Below are positions 51,130 to 63,600 of a DNA stretch of 64,000 nt, in pieces (within the stretch, counting starts at the first letter, position 1; each line of letters opens with the position of its first letter). The notes below the pieces were generated by a model. It ran no database searches. It was not told the DNA's origin and was given only the letters and a program-made list of their open reading frames with translations. This DNA comes from Octopus vulgaris. Taxonomy: Eukaryota. Both the position numbers and the translations under genes were made by a program. The stretch is from NCBI GenBank assembly GCA_951406725.2, contig OX597832.1, positions 57,164,001 through 57,228,000 of the forward strand. The letters are read 5' to 3'.

Positions 51130-52319
51130 TGTGTCTCTGTTTGTCCCCCCAACATCGCTTGACAACCAATGCTGGTGTGTTTACGTCCCCGTAACTTAGC
51201 GGTTCGGCAAAAGAGAACGATAGAATAAATACTAGGCTTACAAAGAATAAGTCGTGGGGTTGATTTGCTCGACTAAAGGTGGTGCTCCAGCATGGCCACA
51301 GTCACATGACTGAAACAAGTAAGAGAGTAAAGAGTATATATGTATATGTGTATGTGTGTATTTGTGCATATATTTATGTCTTACATATATATGCCTGTAT
51401 ATGTATGTAAGTATGTACATGTATCTGTGTAGTTTGAAGTATAATAAACCTTTACATAAATAAATAACATGAAATACACAAAGGGACGAACAAAAAGACA
51501 AACGGGTCATTCAAAGCCTTCATTCTTCAGTCAGAAACTGATCCCTCATCGCAGATTTCGGTTGTTTAATTCTGAGATCCGCTCTGAATCAGCCAGCCAC
51601 AGAAGGAAAGAATGCAACGCAACAGAGACGAACATGAAACGAAAAATCTTTTTGGGAGACAGTAACGGTTAAAAACATGGATGACACAGGCGCCCTACGG
51701 CTTTGAGACAAAAAGAGAGACACAAAAACAATATCAGCAAGCGTGGAAAAATAATTACCTTTTCGGTGATAAGACACATGTTGAACAAGCGGCCGATGGA
51801 AACAGAATGGCTGAGGCAGCAAGTCGCAAGAGGGTAAGAGAGAGAAGTTTGATGTATATATGTATATCATAGATGGTATAGTATGGGTGTATACTGATGT
51901 AAAATATTTATATAATGCAGTGTGAAAATTTTAATTTTAATTTTAATGTATTAATTGACTTATTTTTCGTATATAATCATTTACAATAAGTATTTTGAAT
52001 CTACTCTTCAATTGAAGGTTTTCTTCAATTTTACAATAGAATTAATTTGTATTGAATTCATTTATTTTGTTCAGGGCATGCTTAAGACCGTTAATTGAAA
52101 GGACCAATGAAACAAATCCATTTTTAAAGGTGTATCCTTTAACTAGTTTTGATTATATTGTTATTTCTGTTCCCTTTTAACAAAACTGTCCAACAAACGG
52201 GAACGTGAAACTCTAGCTTTGTTATATTTCTGCTGCTTTTAAATAAAGCATATTATACTACCTCTGGTATTTGAGTACTCTTTTTTCCACCTTGTTTCAC
52301 ATTTATGTGCTTACTCTGG

Positions 52320-52370
<51 letters not shown>

Positions 52371-52578
52371 CATATTATTTACAGATTTCTTCAAGATCCT
52401 CTTGTGGTTCCTGTATCTTTTTGTTTATATACTGTTATCAATGACAGTAAAATTTATCTTTGTCACTATTCTAACTGGATAGCAGAAATCATCATCATCA
52501 TCGTCGTTGTCGTTGTCATCATCATCGTCATTTAATGTCCATTTCCCATGCTAGCATGGGTTTGGATGGATAGTTTAA

Positions 52579-53053
52579 CTCTTTTGTTATCAACCCGGCT
52601 GAAGCCAGCTCTGGTTTCTAAGTACAAATGTCTTGTTTTCATACATTTTGAATTAAAATCTTCCACCAAACCTTAGTTACAATTTATGTTCCTAATACTA
52701 GCTTAATGGTAACTAAGTTATATTACTAAATTCTTCATTATATTTAAAATTAATTGAAAGAAATACAGAGCATCTCAACAGAAATATGGTAACAAACAGG
52801 TTAAAATATATAATAGAGAAACAATTTTTAACCCTTTCAATACCAAACTGGCTGAAACCAGCTCTGACTCTGTAGTACAAATGTCTTGTTTACATAAGTT
52901 TTGAATTATAATCTTCCACCAAACCTTAGTCACAATTTATGTTCCAAACACTAGCTGAATGGTAACTAAGTTATTTTACTAAATTCTATGTTATATTCAA
53001 AATTAATTGTAAGAAACACAGAACATCTCAACAGAAATACGGTAACGAAAGGG
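52579..53053 (-). mobile_element. tandem pair of the same piggyBac-type MITE
   Basis: Units 52579-52800 and 52832-53053 with TTAA ends; spacer 52805-52827 is the reverse complement of the 30-kb spacer. Confidence 0.85.
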
Positions 53054-53429
53054 TTAAAAGGAACTGCAGTAGCTCCAATGTCTTCTACTCTATGTCGATG
53101 TTTCCACAACTGGATGACCTTCCTAATGCCAACCATTTTACAGAATATATACTGGGTGCTTTTTCGCATGGTACCTGCACTAGTGAGGTTGCCAATAAAT
53201 AAATGGAAAAATAAAAAAAAATAAATAAATAAAGCAAATGAAAAAATATAAAAATATAAATTGAGATGGATGTCATTGAAATAGAGGATTGCTCTTGACT
53301 TGGCAAATAGCTCCAGTCCGTGGTAAATAACTGGTCTTGCAGTAAATAACCATTCTTTTGGCAACCCCCACCTCACACTACCAATAACTATTGTTATAAG
53401 ACTAAGACTATTGAGTTTACTAAAATGAA

Positions 53430-53569
53430 CCTCCACCACCACCACCACCACCACCACCACCACCACCACCAAATGACGATGATGGTGGTTAGGATAATGG
53501 CGATGGTGATGACAACAATAGTGATGCTGATGCTGCTGATGATGGTGATAGTGGTGGTGGTGGTGGTGG

Positions 53570-53603
<34 letters not shown>

Positions 53604-53617
53604 GGTGGTGGTGGTGG

Positions 53618-53648
<31 letters not shown>

Positions 53649-53897
53649 GGTGATGATGATGGTGGTGGTGGTGGTGGTGGTGGTGGTGGTGGTTATGATG
53701 ATGATGGTGGTGGTGGTGGTGGTGGTATTTGATGATGATGATGTTGATGATGGTGGTGGTCATTGTGATGATGAGGATGATGATGATGATGGTGGTGGTG
53801 ATGGTAATGATAATGATAATGATGATGGTGATGATGATGATGATGATGGTGGTGTTGGTGTTGATGATGATGTTGATGATGGTGGTGGTGGTCATGG

Positions 53898-53928
<31 letters not shown>

Positions 53929-53973
53929 TGTGGTGGTGGTGATGATGTTGATGGTGGTCATGGTGATGATGAG

Positions 53974-54006
<33 letters not shown>

Positions 54007-54252
54007 CATGGTGGTGGTGATGATGTTGATGATGGTGGTTGTCATGGTGATGATGAGGATGATGATTCTGATGGTGGTGGTCATGGTAGTGATGAGGATG
54101 ATGATGATGATGATGATGGTCGTGGCGATGATGATAATGATGATGATGGTGGTGGAAGTGGTGATGGTGATGGTGATGATGATGATGATGATGATGACAA
54201 CAACAGTGGGTGGTAACGATGACAGTGATGATGGTGATGATGATGATGATGA
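53430..54252. repeat. compound (CAC)/(GGT)/(GAT) trinucleotide tract
   Basis: Direct inspection. Confidence 0.92.
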
Positions 54253-55073
54253 TATAAACTGTTGGTGCCTTATATTGTTATAAACACATACGCTAACTCC
54301 CGATAAATATTTATATTGAATAATGAATAAATATATATTTATCTCTGTATTTATTCTCTTATAAATAAGTATTCACACCAAATAATAATTATAATTCTCC
54401 TTTTATTTATTCTATTTTATTTATTGTAACAATATTTCTACTTTCCTAGTTTTATTGCAAACATAATTTCGTTTTTCATCTCGTCCTTCTTCTAAATAAA
54501 CGTAAAGAGTAATTCCTATGTTTTTCCCGTCTTATATTATTTATCTGGATATTTTCCAATCGATTATGTTTGAAATCTATAGCAATTATTGGCTCATAAT
54601 TAGGTGTATTGGTCTAATTATTTCCTCTTCAGTATGCAATTCTATCGTATATTCGACTAATACGAAACATTCATACAGAGTTCAATAAAGTGATAATATT
54701 CAACGGCAACTGCAATTTAAAGACACACAACTCAGATAACTCTATCGGCTGTTTATTATGAGCAGCTCGTTAAGTTTATAAATGCGGAAAATTGATTTAC
54801 AATAAATAATTGATACTTTCTTGCCTTTCTTTTGTAAAATACTGCTGCAAATTATGGCAATTCTCTACTTTAGAAGATAAAATCTCTTTCGGGAATTTTT
54901 GATAATACATAGGTGCAGGTATGGCTGTGTGGTTAAGAAGCTTGCTTCCCAACCGTGTGGTCTTGAGTTCAGTCCCACTGCATGACACTGTGGGTAAGTG
55001 TCTTTTACTATAGCCCACATACCGACTAAAACCTTGTGAATGGATTTGGCTGACAGAAACTGAAAGAAGCCTG

Positions 55074-55122
<49 letters not shown>

Positions 55123-55158
55123 AGTATGGGTATGTATATGTATATACATATATATATA

Positions 55159-55191
<33 letters not shown>

Positions 55192-55571
55192 CATCATCAT
55201 CATCGTTTAACGTCTGCTTTCCATGCTAGCATGGGTCGGACGATTTTGACTGAAAGCTGGCAAGCCAGAAGGCTGCACCAGGCTCCAATCTTGATCTGGC
55301 AGAGTTTCTACAGCTGGATGCCCTTCCTAACACCAACCACTCCGAGAGTGTAGTGAGTGCTTTTTATGTGCCACTGGCATGGGGGCCATTCTGGCGGTAC
55401 TGGCAACGACCTCGCTCGAATCTTTTTACATGTGCTACCGGCACAGGTGCCAGTGAAGCGACGTTGGTAACGATCATACTCAAATAGCCGCTCTGTCAAC
55501 GATCACACTCGTATGGTGCTCTTTGCACCCCGCTAGCACGAATGCCAGTCATCAAATTGATTTTGATTTCG

Positions 55572-55608
<37 letters not shown>

Positions 55609-55685
55609 CAGGTAACCTAAACATTGAAAGTGCCTTAATCAGCATACTAATAAACATAAGCCCACAGTCCAAATAATTACTGATA

Positions 55686-55902
55686 CAGTAACCCCTCGAC
55701 TATTGCAGGTGTTATGTTCCCAAACCCTCTGCAATAGGTGGAAATCCATAAAGTAGAAACAATACTGTATATTTTTAAAATTATTTTTATAATTTGTATA
55801 TATTTATTTTATTATAAATGCAAAACAACACCACGGAGGTATTGACGTAGGCTTAAATGATAAACCGCGATAGGTGAACCGTGATATGGCAAGAAATTAC
55901 TG
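55686..55902. mobile_element. Tigger/pogo-type MITE
   Basis: TA-CAGTAACCCCTCG ... AAGAAATTACTG termini. Confidence 0.7.
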
Positions 55903-56227
55903 CATCATCATCATCATCATCATCATCCAGTGCTTGAAATCAGGGTTTTGTCCCCGTTAACAGGGGTGGCTGGATCTACTTCAATGCCATAGCAACCTAT
56001 TTCTTTACTACCTACAAGGGGCCAAACACAGAGGGGACAAACAAGGACAGACAAACGGATTAAGTCAATTACATCGACCCCAGTGTGTAACTGGTACTTA
56101 ATTTATCGACCCCGAAAGGATGAAAGGCAAAATCGACCACGGCGGAATTTGAACTCAGAACGTAACAGCAGACGAAATACTGATAAACATTTCGCCCTGT
56201 GTGCTAACGTTTCTGCCAGCTCGCCGC

Positions 56228-57072
56228 CATAGCAACCGTCCTCACAACATCTCGCCATCATGCCTGGTTTTGGGCATCCTCCCTTCTCAAGCCAACCCTC
56301 CCAATCTCCTCCTCCAGCTGTCCCCTCCATTTTTTACTCAGTCTAACTCACTTTTGCTGTCCATTTACTTCAAACTGTAGCACCTTCTTCAAAACATGCT
56401 CCTCATCCCTCCACAACACAGGCCCATAACAACACACACCATTCACCCTTGCCAACCGTTCCACCGATTCCTCCAACCCCAGCTTCGCCATCGAGTCCTC
56501 AGTCCTTCTCTAATCAAACAGCCCCACGCCACTCATTTCTCTCACCATTGCTCTCTCAGTCCTTCTCAAAATTGCCATATCTGTGCTCTCACACAACTCC
56601 TGTAGACCTTTCCTTTTATCTTCAATGAGAACCTTTTCCCATATAACAACACTCCACATTCCCTGAACTTCACCCAGCCAATTCTCCCTCTTGCTGTCAC
56701 AGCAGCTTCACTTCCACCACTTACATCTACCTTATCTCCCAAATAACAAAACCCTCTCACCGTATCCACCTTGTCCCACAGCATTTCCACTGGTTCCACT
56801 AGCCCTCCAGCTCCTTTCTCACATCTTCCACAAACTCCCTTGCCAGTCTTGGGGCCACCTTCTTCTTTTCGTACATCTACCATGAATCCATTTCTCACAT
56901 CCCATACACAACACCGCATTTGCCATTACCCTCCTCCTGCACACACACCACATGAATCCACTTTACTCACTAACACCTCCTTCCACTCCATTCACCATCA
57001 CCCTTGTCTTCCCAAGGTTTACCTTCAAACCCTTGCTTTCAAATGCCTCCTTCCATTTCCAAAACTTCTCTG
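56228..57072 (-). mobile_element. RTE-type LINE fragment (end of RT plus Cys-rich insert)
   Basis: WKEAFESKGLKVNLGKTRVM, C..C.KWIH.RC, FCYLGD..., ARGRIGWVKFRE, KGKVYRSCVR. Confidence 0.85.
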
Positions 57073-57083
57073 TATATATATGA

Positions 57084-57117
<34 letters not shown>

Positions 57118-57316
57118 TTGTATGTGTATGTCTTTGTAGTTGTGTTGTCCCCACACCTGCTGCCCACTGCTTAATGACTGGTATTGGTTTGTTTACATCC
57201 CCTCAGCTTAGCAGTTTGGCAAAAACAGACCAATAGAATAAGTATCACAACCACCACCATGATAATGATGATGATGATGATAGTGATGGTGGTGATGGTG
57301 ATGGTGGTGATGATGG

Positions 57317-57350
<34 letters not shown>

Positions 57351-58532
57351 GATGATGCAGCCATCGTTTTCCATGTTGGCAAGGGTTAGACAGTTTAGCT
57401 GGAACTGGTAAGCTGGAGAATGGCACCAGGTTCCAAGGTCCGTTTTGGCTTGGTTTCTACGGCATTGGATGCCCTTCCTAATGCCAACCACTGCACAGTG
57501 TGTACCAAGTGTCATCACCAGTAGTGGCCACAATTATGATTTCACTTAGCTTGACCAGGTTTCAAAAAATAAAAAAAAATTAAAGGTACCGGGATCAATT
57601 TGTTCAACTAAACTCTTCAAGACTGTGCTCCAGCATGGCCATGGTTGAAAGACTGAAACAAATAAAAGGTAGAAGATAAAGATAAATACATAAAAAAAAC
57701 CTAATCTGTGGTGAATGGAATTGTATGAATTAGATGGAGACCCCCTTCAGTCAAGACTGACCATGGGATTGCACCTAGAAAGTTACCTTCCAAGGCACAA
57801 GTCCAGGAAAGGTTGTTTATGGAAGACCAGCAGTTGCCCATGCATACCAGCCTTGCCTTTTCATGACACAAGTGTTATCCAAGGGAAAGGCAACAGTAGA
57901 TACAGATTGGCAGCTGTGATGTCGCAACTCATTTCTACAGCTGAGTGAACTGGAGCAATTCTATCGTTCTTTTTTGCTGAACTGCGATGATGGTGGGGGG
58001 ACAAACACAGACACACACATCAGGCTGCTTTCAGTTTCCATCTACCAAATCCACTCACAAGGCTTTGGTCAGCCCGAGGCTATAATAGAAAACACTTGCC
58101 CAAGGTGACACACAGTGGGACTGAATCTGGAACCATATGGTTGGTAAGAAAGCTACTTACTACACAGCCACTCCTGTGCCTGTGAGAGCTCCTTCGGTCA
58201 TGACTGACCATGAGGTTGCACCTAGAAAGTTACCCTCCAAGGCAACAAGTCCAGGCAAGGTTGTTTATGGAAGACCAGCAGTCGTCCATACTTACCAGCC
58301 TCGCCTCACCACACCATTGATGTTACTCAAAGGAAAGGCAAAGGCTGATACAGCTTGGCACCAGTGATGTCGCAACTCATTTCTACAGCTGAGTGAACTG
58401 GAGCAGCGTGAAATAAAGTGTCTTGCTCAAAAACACAACATACAGCCTGGTCTGGGAATCGAGGTAGTGACCTCGTAACTGAGTCCATCGCCCTAATCAC
58501 TGAGTCATGCACCTTCACTATATCTATCTATC

Positions 58533-58610
58533 GGATCTTTTCGGTTTGAACGGCAGTTTTTAGTTACCTAGAAATTACGTTACAAACTGCCGTTCAAACC
58601 GAAAAGATCC
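58533..58610. mobile_element. 78-bp MITE with perfect 27-bp TIRs
   Basis: GGATCTTTTCGGTTTGAACGGCAGTTT / AAACTGCCGTTCAAACCGAAAAGATCC, flanked on both sides by TATCTATC. Confidence 0.85.
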
Positions 58611-58624
58611 TATCTATCTATCTG

Positions 58625-58757
<133 letters not shown>

Positions 58758-59002
58758 GTGTATGTGCGTGTGTGTGTATGTGCATGTGTGCCTGTGTGAC
58801 TCGTTGCGTCACAGTACCTTTTATGTTTTCGTTTGAGGAAGGTCAGATCAGGACTGGGCCCCCTAGGTCTGTGAGGTACTCGAGCACCCGCTTAGTTAGC
58901 CCATGTCTTGAGACGGCACTGCTCCTGGTCGGGCGTGTAGTTACTGCGCCGCGCAAGCCCTGCGAGCACCGGGACCTCCCCCTCTTCCTCTACCTAAACA
59001 AC

Positions 59003-59016
59003 GTTGTCATATCAAC
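59003..59016. promoter_or_regulatory. RFX X-box-like palindrome in a CpG-rich promoter region
   Basis: GTTGTCATATCAAC versus consensus GTTNCCATRGNAAC, about 230 bp upstream of the putative exon-1 donor of the tubulin gene. Confidence 0.5.
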
Positions 59017-59189
59017 AACAAACAACATGCAGTTGCCCTTTCGATCTTCTCAAGAATAATAATTCATAAAACCACAGTAATTATAACGATCCTTGTAAAT
59101 ATAAAAGAATAACGAACCAACGAACTAACACAAAAGCGAGCTTAATAGCAATGTTTTCTTGATTAACCACTGAAGGTCGATAAAAAGCT

Positions 59190-59245
59190 TTTGGATCGGT
59201 GCAGGACGCTGCAGTACAGGATTGCATACAAGACGATATTAACAG
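59190..59245 (+). other. putative non-coding first exon of the tubulin gene (start approximate)
   Basis: CpG-containing segment ending in CAG|GTAAAA; next acceptor TTTGCTTTTCAG ends at 59854. Confidence 0.4.
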
Positions 59246-59952
59246 GTAAAAATAATTAGTAAATAAAGAAATAATAATAACAACAACCACAATTAAAATA
59301 GTGCCAAGTTAATATTGTTTTATTTCGTATTACTCTGTGTTTATGCTAAAAGCATAATGATAATAAAGGAACGTTTGGGCGGTAAATCGATCTGTTAGAA
59401 ATAGCAGCCAAATTTTCCGTAATTTACACCTTTGAAAGGCAGCTTGCATTAAATAATGAGAGAGAGAGAGGGGAAATAAAAAAAGAGGTGGTGGACAGAA
59501 CTGGAACGTTGTTGAATAAAGCTGTATCAAATTAGTACTGAGTTGGAACTAAACAACCATTTTATACATACGAACTATTCGCTTGTCTGTCTACAGTCCC
59601 ACCCAATGAGTGTTTGGTTGTTAATACACCTGTGTAAACAAAGAGGCCTCTACAGGGTCACTCAACCTGCTAGAAATAGAAATAAAATCTCCTGCAAGTT
59701 ACTATTATCTTAAAAAAAAAAGAGTATAATTAAATAACATGATCCTCGTGTGTCCCACGACATCGATTTTGATTCCTCAGAACTATCGGGAAAATGCCTG
59801 TTGTGGAACAATAGCATCATCAGTTTCTTGCCTCAACATCACTTTGCTTTTCAGTTCACGGAGATTTATCGAAGTTTGATTTCTGAGAATAAAAGACTTT
59901 GCGAAGAATATTCTGAAGACGCCAATTCTGTCCTAAACCTAAATCTTTGGAC

Positions 59953-60047
59953 ATGTGCAGCGTGTTTTTGCAGATTGGTCAAGGAGGAAACCAAATCGGA
60001 CAGTCCTTTTTCGATGCTGTCGGCATCAACGCTGGAACTAATAAATG
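59953..60047 (+). CDS. delta/zeta-type tubulin, first coding exon (remainder not found in window)
   Basis: MCSVFLQIGQGGNQIGQSFFDAVGINAGTNK contains the tubulin Q.GQ.GNQIG motif without the MRE start; phase-2 donor TG|GTTAGT; absent from the ORF track because it is short. Confidence 0.85.
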
Positions 60048-60458
60048 GTTAGTAATTTCGCTCATAATTAAGTATTTCTAACTTATTTAAGCCATCAGAC
60101 ATTTTTAATGTTCAGCGACTTTACCAAATAGTGTCTCACTTTTTAACTTACCCCGCCAACTAACTTTGTTAAAGTATAAATTCTTTTAAAATGCATATTT
60201 CTAAATGAAATTTTATACTCGTACGCTTTCGAGGGTGAAGATTATGGCTACTGGTAGCATCTTAATAAAAAGAAACTTCTTTTTCTCCTTTTGGGGAGTT
60301 TCAAATTATTACCTGCCTTCCACGCTGACTTTTGAAAATTTCAGAGCTACGTTTTCCGTGGTGGAATACTTGATAACTCCACCATAAATAGCTTATATAT
60401 ATATAAGAAATATTGAATTTCTAAATCTCTCGTAGAGACATGTACGGTGGTGGGGCGA

Positions 60459-60660
60459 TAGAATGGTTGTATACTGTCAATCTAACAAGAACGTGACAGT
60501 AGGGGGTACACCACCGCTGTATAGCCCTAGGAAGCATCGAACGCCTCCTGATGGGGAAAATGTGTCAAAGCCATCAGGAGGCGTTCGATGCTTCCTAGGG
60601 CTATACAGCGGTGGTGTACCCCCTACTGTCACGTTAGATTGACATTATACAACCATTCTA
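60459..60660. repeat. ~90-bp near-perfect inverted repeat in (TA)n
   Basis: Arms 60459-60554 / 60571-60660, 16-nt loop, one substitution and one 6-nt indel. Confidence 0.88.
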
Positions 60661-60682
60661 TATATATATATATATATATATA

Positions 60683-61081
60683 CTAGCAGTATCGCCCGGC
60701 GTTGCTCGGGTTTGTAAGGGAAATAACTATATAAGCATTTTTAGAGAGTTATAGCCAAAAAATAGCAAAAAAATGCATTAAAAATGGGAAAAAAATGATG
60801 GTAATTTTTTTTTTAAATCGTTGATTCATCGTAGACATTTTTAGAGAGTTACTTCCCTTATATAATAGCGAAAAAATGCATTAAAATGGAAAAAAATTAT
60901 GATAATTTTTTTTAATCGTAGACTCATCGTAGACGCGCGCTAATACCCAGAAGGGCTCGATATGAATCACGACTATAAGATACCCGGTTTTGGTTAAACT
61001 GCACCGCAACATGTGGGAGTAGTTAGGAATCTAAATCGTAGGAGACAGACACTCACACAACTTCACTTTTATATATAAAGA
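60683..61081 (-). mobile_element. complete non-autonomous Helitron
   Basis: Minus strand A|TCTTTATATATAAAAG start, 3' hairpin CCCGAGCAACGCCGGG and CTAG|T end. Confidence 0.88.
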
Positions 61082-61094
61082 TATATATATATAT

Positions 61095-61153
<59 letters not shown>

Positions 61154-61609
61154 TAGATATAGATATATATTAACATAACCGGAAACTATCTCCACGAAAA
61201 CGTATCATTAGAAAATTTCATTTGAAGATATGCATTTTAAAGAGAGTTATAAAAGAAATAAAGATGAGTGGAATACAATCACACTATGTATGTATAATGT
61301 ACGTATGTTTATTTAATTATCTATTATATCTAAGTAATTATGGATTACGTCTTCATGTCGTCTGTATTTTGCCGTGTGCTTGTAAAATATGGTCTGTAAT
61401 AAATAGCATTCAGTCATTTATGTAACCGGATATTAATTGGTGGTTCACCGTAACTTCATAGCAACGGGTACCTAACGACCACAAACAAAACGAATCGGTA
61501 GACTTCTTTTTAGCTCCACTGCTCACAAGCTAACGATGTGCATAATGTCTTTGTTCTCAACTTAAATTTATTGCGAAATCGTTAATGTTTAGCAATGAAA
61601 ACACACGCA

Positions 61610-61658
<49 letters not shown>

Positions 61659-61661
61659 GCG

Positions 61662-61700
<39 letters not shown>

Positions 61701-61721
61701 ACACGCAGGGCGACGAGATAT

Positions 61722-61753
<32 letters not shown>

Positions 61754-61756
<3 letters not shown>

Positions 61757-62163
61757 TGATACCTCGCAGTACGAGTTTAATTCGTTTCATGACCGAGCTT
61801 GTCTGTAGGCAACCCGCCTACACGTTTTACGAATTTACTCGTTTTACAAATCAGTTTTCCCCATTGAAATTAACTAAAATATAATTAATCCGTTCCAGCA
61901 CCGAAAAACGACTCAAAAATAAATTTTTTAAGGGTTTTAAAAGAGAAATGGTATAGTTACAGGTAAAAGGACAATTACAAAAAAGAGAGTGCAAAAGAAA
62001 TTTGTAAACTGGTTTTATTAAATGAATTTCCTTACAGATGAGGAGATTTGTGTGCTCGTACTGCGGATTTCCGCTCGTATTTCAAGACAAAAATTTGCAC
62101 GAGTCTCGGCTCGTACAGCAAATTACTCGTATAATGGGGCACTCATACTGCAAGGTTCTGCTG
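61754..62163. mobile_element. Tigger/pogo-type MITE
   Basis: TA-CAGTGATACCTCGCAGTACGAG ... CTCATACTGCAAGGTTCTGCTG-TA. Confidence 0.75.
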
Positions 62164-63317
62164 TATGTGTTTAGCATTATTTAATCATGCAGTTTACTAG
62201 TTTATCTGATTGAAATATTCTTACATTCTGTTCTACAGCATATCTAGCTGCGTTTGAATTATTGAGTTCAGTCAGAAGTATGTGTGTATGGCTATGATGT
62301 ATCTCCTTGCCCTCTCTCTCTTTCTGTGTGTGTGTGAAAAATATACGTGCTTATGTTTTGAGTTTCGTTTTTCCTGTTTGTATCACCAAACCTATATATA
62401 TATTAGAATGTTTGGAGATGATGTACATGTATTGTATATTATAAGAAACAAGGTACTCAGAAATCTGGATGGTTTTATATTTACAGATTTTTATTAATAT
62501 GTCACATGTTTTTATAAATCATATATCAGCGCTTGCATCCACTCTAGTGGATTCTTCAGATTGAATTTTTTGAGGAAATTCGTCTCTTTTTATAGTATTA
62601 TTGAGTGTGTATGGGTGGAGAGAGATATAGGATAATAAAAGAGGGTGAGGAATGGGGAGAAAGTGAGAGAGAGAGTGTGCACGCGTGTGCCTTTGTATCT
62701 GAAAAGAGTGTCAATGGAAAAGAGAAGAGAAGGAAGAGAGAAAGAAGAAAAAATGTGTTTACTTCTATATAGCTGGTCAGTTCTTTCAATAGAAAGTTAT
62801 TCTTGGCCTTTAGAAATGGCAAAACCAGGTGGCCAAGCAACAGGATATCAAGTAGTGATGCAGTATGACTGCTTCAAGTGGCTCCATTTAATTGAACAAT
62901 GCAATCATTACATTAATTTAAAGTCTACTGCAACAAATTCTGTCTGACCCATGCAAGTACGGAAAAGCAGCCATTAGAGCGGTGGTGATGAGGACGACAA
63001 TAGTGACAGTGATGATGATGATGACGACGATGGTGACGATGATGACGATTACGATGACAGCAATGATGAAGATGATGATGACAATGATGAAGAGAAAGAT
63101 TAGGATGGTGGTGACGATGACGACAACACCGATGACGAAGGTGAAACTTTTTTATGATTTGTGAAAATATGTGACAGGAAAAATAAAAATAAAAAAAAAT
63201 ACTTAAGACAAAATATGAAACCGGGACAGCATGAAAACTCTTTTTAGTTATAAAAACTGCAATAATCTGCAAGAGAAACCATACAGAGATTAGGATATAG
63301 CAAGTGCTAAAAAAGAT

Positions 63318-63545
63318 ATACATACATACATACTTACACACACACACATACAAATACATGCATACATACACACATACACACACACACACAAATACATACA
63401 TACATACATACATACATACATACACACACACACAAATACATATATACACACACATACATACAAGCATACATACACTCACATGAACACACATACATATACA
63501 CACACATGCACACACATACACACACATATACACACATACATACAC

Positions 63546-63600
<55 letters not shown>

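Noticed and set aside
58840-58870. Antizyme-type TCC-TGA +1 frameshift site on the minus strand
   Set aside because: An in-frame TAG lies a few codons upstream, so there is no ORF1, and there is no antizyme similarity.
58812-59050. Telomerase RNA, 7SK, RNase P or SRP RNA
   Set aside because: No CTAACCCTAA template, no paired GATC motifs, and the RNase P and SRP hallmark motifs are absent.
62240-62830. Second coding exon of the tubulin gene (acceptors near 62239 and 62772)
   Set aside because: Phase-2 joining gives an early stop or a non-tubulin peptide.
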